Positions 32,473 through 41,777 of a stretch of DNA of 64,000 nucleotides are shown here, piece after piece (position 1 is the first letter of the stretch; each line of letters starts with the position of its first letter). The DNA is taken from the NCBI GenBank assembly GCA_045863335.1, contig BTVY01000010.1, positions 1-64,000 on the forward strand, in the 5' to 3' direction. The translations under genes and the position numbers were made by a program. This DNA comes from Candidatus Hydrogenedentota bacterium (GTDB taxonomy: Bacteria > Hydrogenedentota > Hydrogenedentia > Hydrogenedentales > SLHB01). Under the pieces are notes generated by a model that worked only from the letters and a program-made list of their open reading frames with translations, had not been told where the DNA came from and searched no databases.

Positions 32473-33873
32473 GTGATTACTCGAGAGTACAGAACGGTCA
32501 AACAGGTGGTCGGCCCCCTTATCCTCGTGGAAGGGGTGGAAGGGATCACCTATGGCGAACTGACCGACATCAAGCAGGACGACGGTACGCTCCGGCGCGG
32601 CCGCGTGCTCGAGGTGAACGGCGACAAGGCCATGGTGCAGGTATTTGAAGGCACCAGCGGCTTGTCCCCCCAGGACCTGAAAGTGAAGTTCCTGGGCAAA
32701 GGTCAGGAACTTGGCGTGTCGGAAGATATGCTAGGCCGCGTGTTTGACGGATTCGGCCGCCCCATCGATGACGGCCCGGAACTGATTCCCGAGAAGTGGC
32801 TCAACATCAATGGCAGCCCCATGAACCCCTTCGCGCGGGACTATCCGAACGAGTTCATCCAGACCGGCATCTCGACCATCGACTTGCTAAATACGCTCGT
32901 GCGCGGCCAGAAGCTCCCGATTTTCTCAGCGTCCGGCTTGCCCCACTCCCGGCTTGCGGCGCAGATCGCGCGACAGGCAACCACGCTGAAGTCGGGCGAG
33001 AAGTTCGCGGTGATCTTCGCGGCCATGGGCATTACCTTCGAAGAGTCCGAGTTCTTCGTGGCGGACTTCAAGCGGACCGGCGCCATCGAGCGCGCGGTGC
33101 TCTTCATGAACTTGGCCGACGACCCGCCCATCGAACGCATCGCGGTGCCCCGCATGGCGCTCACCGCGGCGGAGTTCCTGGCCTACGAAAAGGGCATGCA
33201 CGTGCTGGTCATTCTGACGGATCTGACCAACTACTGCGAGGCTCTTCGCGAGATTTCGGCGGCACGCAAGGAAGTGCCCGGACGCCGCGGGTATCCCGGC
33301 TATCTGTATACCGACTTGTCGACCCTGTACGAACGGGCAGGCCGCATCAAGGGGAAAGACGGGTCCATCACGCAGATCCCCGTGTTGACCATGCCGGAAG
33401 ATGACAAAACGCACCCCATCCCCGACTTGACCGGGTACATCACCGAGGGGCAGGTCATCATCAGCCGGCCAATCCACACGCAGGGCATTTATCCGCCTGT
33501 CGACGTGCTGCCGTCCTTGTCGCGGTTGAAGGACAAGGGTATCGGCAAAGGCAAAACCCGTGAAGATCACGCCGACGTGATGAACCAGTTGTATTCCGCC
33601 TACGCCCGCGGCAAGAACGCAAAGGAGCTGGCGGTCGTGCTCGGCGAATCGGCCTTGAGCGAGACGGACCTCCTGTTCGTGAAGTTCGCCGACGCCTTCG
33701 AAGAGCGGTTCGTGACGCAGGGCGAAGACGAGAACCGGACCATCGAGGAAAGCCTGGCCATCGGCTGGGACCTTCTGGCCATGTTGCCGCGCGGTGAACT
33801 CAAACGCGTACGCGACGCGTGGGTCGAGAAATACCACCCCGGCGGCGCGACCGCCGCGGCGGCGAGCGAATAG
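32473..33873 (+). CDS. ntpB: V/A-type ATP synthase subunit B
   Basis: Motifs [30 protein letters not shown] and [15 protein letters not shown]. Confidence 0.97.
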   Translation: MITREYRTVKQVVGPLILVEGVEGITYGELTDIKQDDGTLRRGRVLEVNGDKAMVQVFEGTSGLSPQDLKVKFLGKGQELGVSEDMLGRVFDGFGRPIDDGPELIPEKWLNINGSPMNPFARDYPNEFIQTGISTIDLLNTLVRGQKLPIFSASGLPHSRLAAQIARQATTLKSGEKFAVIFAAMGITFEESEFFVADFKRTGAIERAVLFMNLADDPPIERIAVPRMALTAAEFLAYEKGMHVLVILTDLTNYCEALREISAARKEVPGRRGYPGYLYTDLSTLYERAGRIKGKDGSITQIPVLTMPEDDKTHPIPDLTGYITEGQVIISRPIHTQGIYPPVDVLPSLSRLKDKGIGKGKTREDHADVMNQLYSAYARGKNAKELAVVLGESALSETDLLFVKFADAFEERFVTQGEDENRTIEESLAIGWDLLAMLPRGELKRVRDAWVEKYHPGGATAAAASE

Positions 33874-33925
33874 GCACAAGCAACGTGATGGAGGAGACCC
33901 ACGCAGCAATGGTAGAAGGCGAGGA

Positions 33926-34087
33926 AACATCCCCCTTTGTCCCCCTTCAAAGGGGGAATTGTGCTTACGCGAGTTTTTCGGCAGAAGTATCGTACTTGAC
34001 CCGGAACGAAGTCCCCGGCGAAGCCAGGAGTGCAATGCGAAGCGTTGCGACTGGTTCCCCCTTTGAAGGGGGATCAAGGGGGATGTT
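33926..34087. mobile_element. MITE-like element, copy 2, between subunit B and D genes
   Basis: AACATCCCCCTTTGTCCCCCTTCAAAGGGGGAA ... TTCCCCCTTTGAAGGGGGATCAAGGGGGATGTT; same termini and nearly the same length as 10557-10719. Confidence 0.75.
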
Positions 34088-34132
34088 CTTCGGGCAAACT
34101 GCGTCTCCGAAGACGTATACAGGACGAAGTCG

Positions 34133-34777
34133 ATGGCACGATTAGCGGTAAACCCGACGCGGATGGAGCTGTTGCGGCTGCGCAAGCGGCTGCAGGTGGC
34201 CGTGCGCGGTCACAAACTGCTGAAAGACAAACTCGACGGTCTCATGAAAGAGTTCATGGCGCTGGCCGCCGAGTACAAGCAGTACCGCCTCGCGGTGGAT
34301 GAAGAACTGCCGCGCGTCATGAAGTTCTTCGTGTTGGCCGAGGTGACCTCGTCCCGTCTGATCACCGAAGACGCCCTGGAAAACACGCGCCAGGAACTGA
34401 AGATCGAGCGGAAAATTCGGCGCATCATGAGCGTGAATGTGCCGCACCTGGACGTCGAATTCGGCGAAACCACCGGCGGCTACTCCATGGTGCATACTTC
34501 GGTGGAACTCGACGAAGCGATCACGGGCCTGCGCGCCTTCCTGCCGAAGCTGCTGAAGATGGCGGAACTGGAAGAGACGGTCCGGCTGCTCAGCGACGAG
34601 ATCGAAAAGACGCGCCGCCGCGTGAACGCGCTTGAACACTCCTTCATCCCGCGCATGCAGGAAACCATCAAGTACATCAAGGACAAGCTCGACGAAACCG
34701 AACGGTCCAACACGAGCCGTCTCATGAAGATCAAGAGCCAGCGCGAAGCGATCGAACAAATGCAGGCGTCGGGCTGA
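34133..34777 (+). CDS. ntpD: V/A-type ATP synthase subunit D
   Basis: NPTRMELL, RGHKLLKDK and IEKTRRRVNALE. Confidence 0.96.
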   Translation: MARLAVNPTRMELLRLRKRLQVAVRGHKLLKDKLDGLMKEFMALAAEYKQYRLAVDEELPRVMKFFVLAEVTSSRLITEDALENTRQELKIERKIRRIMSVNVPHLDVEFGETTGGYSMVHTSVELDEAITGLRAFLPKLLKMAELEETVRLLSDEIEKTRRRVNALEHSFIPRMQETIKYIKDKLDETERSNTSRLMKIKSQREAIEQMQASG

Positions 34778-34803
34778 ACGGCTCCCGTCCCAGGCAACCT
34801 ATC

Positions 34804-34832
34804 TTGACATTCCCCCGCCTCCCCGGCAGAAT
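34804..34832 (+). promoter_or_regulatory. Putative sigma70 promoter upstream of a small ORF
   Basis: TTGACA (34804-34809) - 17 bp - CAGAAT (34827-34832). Confidence 0.55.
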
Positions 34833-34928
34833 CCGGCCCGCCAAGCGGCTTGGCGTGATGGGCTGTGCGCGCCTCCGCCGCGGTGTTCTTGTGAAGGTGG
34901 TGACAAATCAAAACGGGAGGGGTGGCTA

Positions 34929-35066
34929 ATGAAACAACGGAACGTACGATTCAGCAGCAAACGAATTCCCGCACTGGCGGGGTTCGGCGGTGCGAACATC
35001 AACTTCGCGCTTATTCTCCGATATTTGGAAAGGTTTCTACTGCTTATTCTCGGCCGCCGAGGCTAA
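34929..35066 (+). CDS. Unannotated 45-aa small protein (basic N-terminus, amphipathic C-terminal helix)
   Basis: MKQRNVRFSSKRIPALAGFGGANINFALILRYLERFLLLILGRRG; RBS GGGAGGGG 6 nt upstream; own putative promoter and terminator. Confidence 0.6.
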   Translation: MKQRNVRFSSKRIPALAGFGGANINFALILRYLERFLLLILGRRG

Positions 35067-35092
35067 GAGTTCGCTTCTTACAATGTTGCCAT

Positions 35093-35133
35093 CCCACCGC
35101 TGTGTTTCAGAGCCGGCGGTGGGCTTTCCTTTT
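35093..35133 (+). terminator. Intrinsic terminator after the small ORF
   Basis: CCCACCGCTG...CGGCGGTGGG followed by CTTTCCTTTT. Confidence 0.65.
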
Positions 35134-35218
35134 CGCTATCGCTGCTCGTGTGCATGATGCAGGGTACATGCGGTATGATCGCGCTCTTTCTGACATAAAC
35201 GGTGAATCGGGTAAGACC

Positions 35219-36958
35219 ATGACGGACAAGACTTTCAAGCGAACGCTGGTGACCAGCGCTCTGCCTTATGCGAACGGCCATATCCATCTCGGCCACATCG
35301 CGGGCGCGTACCTGCCGGCGGATATCTACGTGCGCTATAAACGGCTCAAGGGCGAACCGGTGCTGTACATCTGCGGGTCCGACGAGTTCGGCGTGCCTAT
35401 TACGCTGACCGCGTTGAAAGAGGGCATTACCCCGCAGGAGGTCATCGACCGCTACCACGCGGCGAACACTAAATCCTTCGCCGATCTGGGCATCGGCTTC
35501 GACATCTACGGGCGCACGTCATGGCCCCTGCACGCCGACACCACGCAGACCTTCTTCCGCAGGCTCAACGATGGCGGCTTTGTTGAAGAGCAAGAAATGG
35601 AGTTGTGGTACTCGGAGCAATCCGAAATCTACCTGCCGGACCGGTATGTCAAAGGCACTTGCCCAAAGTGCGGGTATGAAGACGCGACGGGCGACGAGTG
35701 CGAGAATTGCGGCGCCCAGTACGCGGCGCACGATCTCATCAATCCGCGCGTCAATATTCCGAACGACACGTCCACGCCCGTCCTGCGCAACTCAACGCAC
35801 TGGTTCCTGCGGCTCCAGGATTTCGCGGGCGATCTGAAAACGTGGCTGGACAGCCATCCGGAATGGCGCGCCAACGTGAAGGGCATCGCCAACGGCTGGG
35901 TGCAGGATCTCCGCGCGCGCTGCATCACCCGCGATACGGATTGGGGCGTGCCCATTCCGCTGGACGATCCGCGCACGAAGGGCAAGCGCATTTATGTATG
36001 GTTCGACGCGCCCATCGGCTACGTGACGAACACGCGGCAGTGGGGCATTGATACGAAGGGCGACGAGAACGCGTGGGAACCGTGGTGGAAGGATGAATCA
36101 ACCCGGCTGATCCATTTCATCGGCAAGGACAACGTGCCCTTCCATGCCGTCATTTTTCCGGCCATGCTGATGGGCCAAAAAGACTACGTGCTGCCTGACG
36201 ACGTGGTCGGAAACGAGTACCTCAACGTCTTCAATCGCCAGACGGGGAAAGCGGAAAAGGGATCGAAGTCAAAGGGCAACATGATCAGCGTGCGCTGGTT
36301 TGTGGAACGGTTCAGCCGCGACGCCATCCGCTACTACATCTGCGCCATCATGCCGGAGACGAAAGACGCGGCCTTCGACTGGGACGAATTCCAGAACCGG
36401 TACAACGGCGAACTCTGCGATGTGGTCGGCAACTTCGTGCACCGGTCGCTGACGATGACGGTCAAGAACTTCGACGGGAAAGTGCCCGAACCGGGCGATT
36501 TGGACGACGAGGATCGCGCCTTGCTGGATTCTTTGCCGGGGCTTATCGACGGCGTTGCCGAATCACTGGAAGGTTTCCGGTTCCGTCAGGCCTCCGAACG
36601 ATTCATCGACATCGGCCGCCGCGCCAATGTCTATTTCGACACGAAAGTGCCGTGGACCACGCGCAAGACAGACCTCGTCCGCACCGGCACGACGTTGTAC
36701 GTGTGCTGCCAGGTCGTGCGCGCGCTCTGCACAGTCATGGCGCCCTTCGCACCCGACGGCGCGGCGAAGTTGGCAGAGACCCTCGGCGTGGCTCTGCCGA
36801 ACGGCGGTTCCGCTGGCGGCGAGGACGGGTGGAATGCTGCGAAGGACGGGGTACGCGCAGGCAGCCCCCTGCAAACCCCGCAGGTGCTGTTCCCCAAGGT
36901 CGACCCGGACGTCATCGCCCAGCTTGCGGAAGAGCACGCCGCGGGGAAAGCGTTCTAG
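35219..36958 (+). CDS. metG: Methionine--tRNA ligase (no C-terminal tRNA-binding OB domain)
   Basis: Motifs TSALPYANG, HLGH, CPKC/CENC knuckle, YVWFDA, GKDNVPFH and the KMSKS variant KGSKS. Confidence 0.96.
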   Translation: MTDKTFKRTLVTSALPYANGHIHLGHIAGAYLPADIYVRYKRLKGEPVLYICGSDEFGVPITLTALKEGITPQEVIDRYHAANTKSFADLGIGFDIYGRTSWPLHADTTQTFFRRLNDGGFVEEQEMELWYSEQSEIYLPDRYVKGTCPKCGYEDATGDECENCGAQYAAHDLINPRVNIPNDTSTPVLRNSTHWFLRLQDFAGDLKTWLDSHPEWRANVKGIANGWVQDLRARCITRDTDWGVPIPLDDPRTKGKRIYVWFDAPIGYVTNTRQWGIDTKGDENAWEPWWKDESTRLIHFIGKDNVPFHAVIFPAMLMGQKDYVLPDDVVGNEYLNVFNRQTGKAEKGSKSKGNMISVRWFVERFSRDAIRYYICAIMPETKDAAFDWDEFQNRYNGELCDVVGNFVHRSLTMTVKNFDGKVPEPGDLDDEDRALLDSLPGLIDGVAESLEGFRFRQASERFIDIGRRANVYFDTKVPWTTRKTDLVRTGTTLYVCCQVVRALCTVMAPFAPDGAAKLAETLGVALPNGGSAGGEDGWNAAKDGVRAGSPLQTPQVLFPKVDPDVIAQLAEEHAAGKAF

Positions 36959-37002
36959 CAAATCGCAGGCGCTTGCGCGTCATCGCACCAAGTCACGACC
37001 CT

Positions 37003-37025
37003 TGTAGCGCAGGCGTCCCGCCGGC
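37003..37025 (+). repeat. Single REP-like unit (GTAG class)
   Basis: TGTAGCGCAGGCGTCCCGCCGGC, matching the 22011 family. Confidence 0.65.
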
Positions 37026-37083
37026 TTCTTCGTGTAGAATCTCGCTCGTCCGTGCAGATCGTGCGGTTCAGGGGGGAGATAAC

Positions 37084-38040
37084 ATGACACCACGGGAAAG
37101 ATTCATTGCCGCGTTGGAGCGGCGTCCGCTGACCGGGCGGGTGCCGCACTTCGAGTTGGTTTTCTTTCTTACCATGGAAGCCTTTGGACGCGTGCATCCG
37201 AGCCACCGCAACTATGCCCAGTGGGACCAAATGACGGAGTCGGAGCGCAACCTTCATCGCCATGACCAGGCGGACTTGTTCATCCAGACGGCGCGGCACT
37301 ACGAACACAACGCGATCTTTCTGCATCCCAATCCGTGGCGCGAGGACGAGGCCTTGCGCTGCATTGATCTTGTGCGGGAGAAGTCCGGCGACGAGTTCTT
37401 CCTCATGTACCACGGCGACGCAACCTACGCCATCCCCCACGGAGACGAAATGGTCGAGCACGCGGCGTGGTTGTACGAGCATTTCGACGAAGCAAGGGAC
37501 GAAGCGCAACGGAAGGTCGACAAACAACTCGCCTGGGCGGAGCGGCTCGCGAAGCACGGCGGCCTGGACGGGTTTGCCTTGTGCGACGATTATTGCTTTA
37601 ACGACAACCCCTTCCTCAGCCCCGACATGTTTGCGGAGATCATTACGCCGTACTTGACGCAGGTGATCGCGGGTGAACGCGAACTCGGGTTCTACTGCAT
37701 CAAACATACCGACGGCAACGTGATGCCGATCCTCGACCAGCTCGTGAGCGCTAATCCCCACGCGATTCATTCGCTCGATCCGCAGGGTGGCGTCAACATC
37801 GCGGAAGTGAAACGGCTCTATGGCGACAAGGTGTGCCTCATCGGGAACGTGAACTGCGGGCTGCTCACGTCCGGTACCGAGGAAGAGGTGATCGAATCCG
37901 CACGGTACTGCATCAAGCACGGCATGCCTGGCGGCGGCTACATCTTTTCCACCAGCAACTGCGCATTCACCGGGCTACCCCTCGAACGGTATGAACTCAT
38001 GTGGCGCGTCTGGCACGAAGAAGCCATCTATCCGGAGTAA
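37084..38040 (+). CDS. Uroporphyrinogen decarboxylase / MtaA-like family protein
   Basis: Motifs MTPRERF, DDYCF, KHTDGN, SLDPQ, LIGNV and GGGYIFSTSN. Confidence 0.8.
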   Translation: MTPRERFIAALERRPLTGRVPHFELVFFLTMEAFGRVHPSHRNYAQWDQMTESERNLHRHDQADLFIQTARHYEHNAIFLHPNPWREDEALRCIDLVREKSGDEFFLMYHGDATYAIPHGDEMVEHAAWLYEHFDEARDEAQRKVDKQLAWAERLAKHGGLDGFALCDDYCFNDNPFLSPDMFAEIITPYLTQVIAGERELGFYCIKHTDGNVMPILDQLVSANPHAIHSLDPQGGVNIAEVKRLYGDKVCLIGNVNCGLLTSGTEEEVIESARYCIKHGMPGGGYIFSTSNCAFTGLPLERYELMWRVWHEEAIYPE

Positions 38041-38121
38041 ACACTCCCGTTTCTGTTATCCTGTTGACGGAATTTGTCACGGCGTGCGCTGCACGTACGT
38101 TACCGATAGGAGATCGATCCC

Positions 38122-38703
38122 ATGAGCGCGAAGAAGATTCTCATGCTGGTTGGCGACTATGTTGAAGATTACGAAGCCATGTGCCCGTTTCAGATTTTGC
38201 AGACCGTCGGGCACACGGTCCATGCGGTGTGTCCGGACAAGAAAGCGGGCGATTCGGTGCGCACGGCCATCCACGATTTCGAAGGCGACCAGACCTACAG
38301 CGAGAAGCGCGGCCACAACTTTGCGTTGAACGCTACCTTTGCGGACATCAAGGAGGCGGACTACGACGCGCTGGTGATTCCCGGCGGGCGCGCGCCCGAA
38401 TATATCCGGCTCAATCCACGTGTGATCGAGATCGTGCGGCATTTCGCCGAGGCAAACAAACCCATCGCCGCCGTTTGCCACGGGCTGCAGGTGCTCGCCG
38501 CGGCGGGCGTGCTCAAGGGCCGGACTTGCTCCGCCTATCCGGCCTGCGGGCCTGACATTGTCAGCGCAGGCGGCACCTATAAAGACATCGCGATGGACGC
38601 GGCGCACGTGGATGGCAACCTCGTCTCCGCGCCCGCGTGGCCGGCCCATCCCGCGTGGATGGCGGCATTTCTAAAGGTTTTGGGGACAACAATCGAAGCC
38701 TAG
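38122..38703 (+). CDS. DJ-1/PfpI family protein
   Basis: Motifs [28 protein letters not shown] and APAWP. Confidence 0.93.
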   Translation: MSAKKILMLVGDYVEDYEAMCPFQILQTVGHTVHAVCPDKKAGDSVRTAIHDFEGDQTYSEKRGHNFALNATFADIKEADYDALVIPGGRAPEYIRLNPRVIEIVRHFAEANKPIAAVCHGLQVLAAAGVLKGRTCSAYPACGPDIVSAGGTYKDIAMDAAHVDGNLVSAPAWPAHPAWMAAFLKVLGTTIEA

Positions 38704-38721
38704 GAAACGGGGGATTCACCG

Positions 38722-40242
38722 ATGCGCGCTGTCGTACTTGCATTGACGCTGACCTGCGGGGCCGTCGCCGCGCCCATGCTGATTCTCAACGAAGACAACA
38801 GTCATTTCTACATGTCGCGCACGGCAAACGACATGACCATCGACGGTTTGAATGCCTTCGTCGATCAATACGCGGGCACCAAAGTCACCCACCTCTTCCT
38901 CAACGCCAGCGCCATGCGCGCGAGTTACGCGAGCGATGTGTGGGACCGCATCTGGGACGTGGGCAATCAGGTCGTGCCGGAAGAGCCGCCGGTTCTCCAG
39001 AACTGGGTGGACAACGCGCGGCTGCTACACGAGCGCGGACTCGATCCCTACGCCCTGTGGATCGCGCGTTGCCGCGAGAAAGGCATCTCGCCCTGGATCA
39101 GCATGCGCATGAACGATGTCCACGACGTGGACAATCCCAAGAATTTCATGCACAGCACGTACTGGGTGAACCATCCGGAATACTGGCGCGTGCCCGGCAG
39201 CACGGGCGCCTGGGTAGACCGTGCGTTCAACTACGCGATTCCCGAAGTCCGCGAACATCACATGGTGCTTATTCGCGAACTGCTGGAACGGTACGACGCT
39301 GACGGCATCGAGCTGGACTGGATGCGCTTCGGCTATCACTTCGCGCCGGGCGAAGAGGAAGCGGGTCGAGCCATTCTCACCGCGTTCATGCGAGACGTGC
39401 GCGACCTGGCTAGTACGTGGTCCACGAAACGAGGCCATCCCATTCAGGTTTGCGCGCGCGTTCCGGCGCACCCGGACGCGGCTGTGGGACTAGGCATGGA
39501 CGGTATCGCGTGGGCGCAGGAAGGTTTGATCGACATCTTGATCCCTACGCCCTTCTGGGCAACAGCCGACTTCGACATCCCGGTCGAGCTCTGGCGTGAA
39601 CAGTTGGGCGACGCGGATGCCAACATCATCGTCGCGCCGGGACAGGAGATCCTCGTCAGGGCATATCCCGGCGGCCCCGCAGTCCCGAATGACCTGGCGT
39701 CCTTGCGCGGGTTCGCGGCGTCGGCCTGGCATCGCGGCGCGGAAGGTATGTACCTCTTCAATTACATGGATCCCGCGCCCATGGCCGGCGGCGTCGAGGC
39801 GTACCGGACGCTTCTCAAAGAAGGCCTGGCGGAATCTGCTCTGGAGGGTAAAACGAGCCGCCACGTGGTGACGTACCGTGACACGGTACCCGCACGTGTT
39901 TCTAACAATGCACAGTTGCCAAAGCCCGCGAACGATTCCTGCGGGTTCCGAATCTACGCGGGACCCATCCCTGCAAGCGGCACTGCAACGTTGCTTGTTG
40001 GATTGGCGGAAAAGGAAGGCGTGGGCAACGTCGTAATGCAGGCGTCCGCGAACGGCAAACCGTGCGAAGCGATCGCTGATATCACGGACCGCGAAAACCT
40101 CGCCGGCGTTGGTCGCGCGCTTGCGTTCCAATGCCCTGCGTCGGCACTAACGGACGGATACAATACGTTCGAGGTGTTGCCGGAGTCCGCTGCGGCGGAA
40201 CACCAGATCGTCTGGGTGGAACTGCGGTTAGACGCAGAGTAA
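38722..40242 (+). CDS. Secreted glycoside-hydrolase-like protein (GHL10 / UPF0748-type TIM barrel)
   Basis: Signal peptide; motifs NEDNS, SMRMND, FNYAIPEVR, YDADGIELDW and GMYLFN. Confidence 0.65.
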   Translation: MRAVVLALTLTCGAVAAPMLILNEDNSHFYMSRTANDMTIDGLNAFVDQYAGTKVTHLFLNASAMRASYASDVWDRIWDVGNQVVPEEPPVLQNWVDNARLLHERGLDPYALWIARCREKGISPWISMRMNDVHDVDNPKNFMHSTYWVNHPEYWRVPGSTGAWVDRAFNYAIPEVREHHMVLIRELLERYDADGIELDWMRFGYHFAPGEEEAGRAILTAFMRDVRDLASTWSTKRGHPIQVCARVPAHPDAAVGLGMDGIAWAQEGLIDILIPTPFWATADFDIPVELWREQLGDADANIIVAPGQEILVRAYPGGPAVPNDLASLRGFAASAWHRGAEGMYLFNYMDPAPMAGGVEAYRTLLKEGLAESALEGKTSRHVVTYRDTVPARVSNNAQLPKPANDSCGFRIYAGPIPASGTATLLVGLAEKEGVGNVVMQASANGKPCEAIADITDRENLAGVGRALAFQCPASALTDGYNTFEVLPESAAAEHQIVWVELRLDAE

Positions 40243-40256
40243 CAGTGCGGATGCCG

Positions 40257-40289
40257 ATTGTGGTGCAGGCTGAAAGCCTGCACCACAAT
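40257..40289. repeat. Perfect palindromic REP-like hairpin (GTGG class)
   Basis: ATTGTGGTGCAGGCT-GAA-AGCCTGCACCACAAT. Confidence 0.75.
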
Positions 40290-40320
40290 TTCACGCATCA
40301 AGAGGCAATGGAGGCCGATC

Positions 40321-41724
40321 ATGCGCGTAGCCTGGATAGGATTGCTCGTCCTCCTACTGCCGACCTTCGCAAGCGCCGACATTAAGATCCCGGTCATCGA
40401 GGGGGAATGGTGGCAGGTGGCGGGCGACCCGGACTTGGGCCAGTACACCGATCCAAAGCAACAGCCCGTTGATTTCGCGGTGTGGCAAGCGGCCGACGGC
40501 ACCTGGCAACTGTGGTCGTGCATTCGCCACACCACCTGCGGCGGCCATACGCGCCTGTTTCACCGCTGGGAAGGGCAGCGCCTCACCGACACCGATTGGG
40601 AACCGAAAGGTATCGCCATGATGGCGGACCCTGGCCTCGGCGAACCCTTGGGCGGATTGCAGGCACCGCATGTGGTGCAGTGGCAAGGCACGTACTGGAT
40701 GGCCTACGGCGACTGGGACGACATCTGCTTCGCCACCAGCGAGGACGGCAAGGAGTTCACCCGGATCATCCAGCCGGACGGCGAAACGGCGGTGTTCACC
40801 GAAGGCCCCGGGGTGAATACGCGCGACGCCATGCTCCTCTTCACGGAAGAACTCTGGTACTGCTACTACACGGCTTTCCCCAACGGGCGCGGCTACGACT
40901 ATTGCCGCACATCGGCGGATCTGAAGACTTGGAGCCATTCCTCGGTTGTGGCCTACGGTGGCTGGGCCGGCAACAATCCGTTTTCGGCGGAATGCCCGCA
41001 CATGGTCGAGGTCGATCCCGGTGAATACTACCTGTTCCGCACGCAACGGTACGGGGAAGACGGGCAGACTTCGGTGTACCGTTCGGAGAATCCATTGAAC
41101 TTTGGGATCGACGACGACTCGTACTTCGTGACGTCTATGCCCGTCGCCGCGCCGGAGATCGTCTTGTATGAGGGGCAGTACTACATGGCTTCCCTTTTGC
41201 CCAGTCTCAAGGGCATACGCATCGCAAAGCTGAATTGGGTTTCGGTTGAAACCATTGGCATGCCTGTCTTCGACTTCGACGACACCGATGCGCGGGAAGA
41301 ATGGAAGGTCGTCGATGGCGACATCGATCCCGTGTTTACCCAATCGACACGGCAGGATTTCGCCGCGCCCATGGATTGGTTCATCGGCACCGCTGAGGTT
41401 GCCGAGGGCGGTTTCGAAGATGCGCGCATGTGCGTCGTTGAATCGCCGTCCTTCACTGTCGTGGACGCACCATACGCCGTCTACATTTCCGGAGGCGCGC
41501 GCGACGCCTCGTTGCACGTTGTCGTGGCCGACTCCGCCACCGGCGAAGAGTTCCTTCGCATGACCGGCCGAACCAGCAATCGTCTCGAACGGCGCATTGT
41601 TGACCTGTCGAAGTTTGCGGGAAGAGAAGCCGTCGTTCGGGTTGTGGACCGCGACTCCGAGCCCTGGGGGCACATCAATTTCGGTGGGTTATTCGTATTG
41701 AGCGGTCAGGGGAACTCTGACTGA
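40321..41724 (+). CDS. Secreted GH32/GH43-like five-bladed beta-propeller protein with C-terminal beta-sandwich
   Basis: Motifs QAPHV, ATSEDG, RDAM, AECP, AAPEI and a C-terminal WGHIN. Confidence 0.65.
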   Translation: MRVAWIGLLVLLLPTFASADIKIPVIEGEWWQVAGDPDLGQYTDPKQQPVDFAVWQAADGTWQLWSCIRHTTCGGHTRLFHRWEGQRLTDTDWEPKGIAMMADPGLGEPLGGLQAPHVVQWQGTYWMAYGDWDDICFATSEDGKEFTRIIQPDGETAVFTEGPGVNTRDAMLLFTEELWYCYYTAFPNGRGYDYCRTSADLKTWSHSSVVAYGGWAGNNPFSAECPHMVEVDPGEYYLFRTQRYGEDGQTSVYRSENPLNFGIDDDSYFVTSMPVAAPEIVLYEGQYYMASLLPSLKGIRIAKLNWVSVETIGMPVFDFDDTDAREEWKVVDGDIDPVFTQSTRQDFAAPMDWFIGTAEVAEGGFEDARMCVVESPSFTVVDAPYAVYISGGARDASLHVVVADSATGEEFLRMTGRTSNRLERRIVDLSKFAGREAVVRVVDRDSEPWGHINFGGLFVLSGQGNSD

Positions 41725-41777
41725 CGATCGGTGGCACGCGTCGTCATTCTGAGCGTAGAGTGGGCAAAATGATCGGG

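Noticed and set aside
34922-35218. 99-aa N-terminal extension of MetG in the ORF track
   Set aside because: It has no MetRS similarity and spans a separate small ORF and a terminator; the family-typical start is ATG 35219.
34778-35218. T-box or SAM riboswitch upstream of metG
   Set aside because: No T-box (AAGGTGGTACC-type antiterminator with specifier stem) or SAM-I core could be built; the space is better explained by the small gene.
41743-41760. GTCATTCTGAGCG fragment resembling another REP family
   Set aside because: A single truncated unit with no partner in the window.
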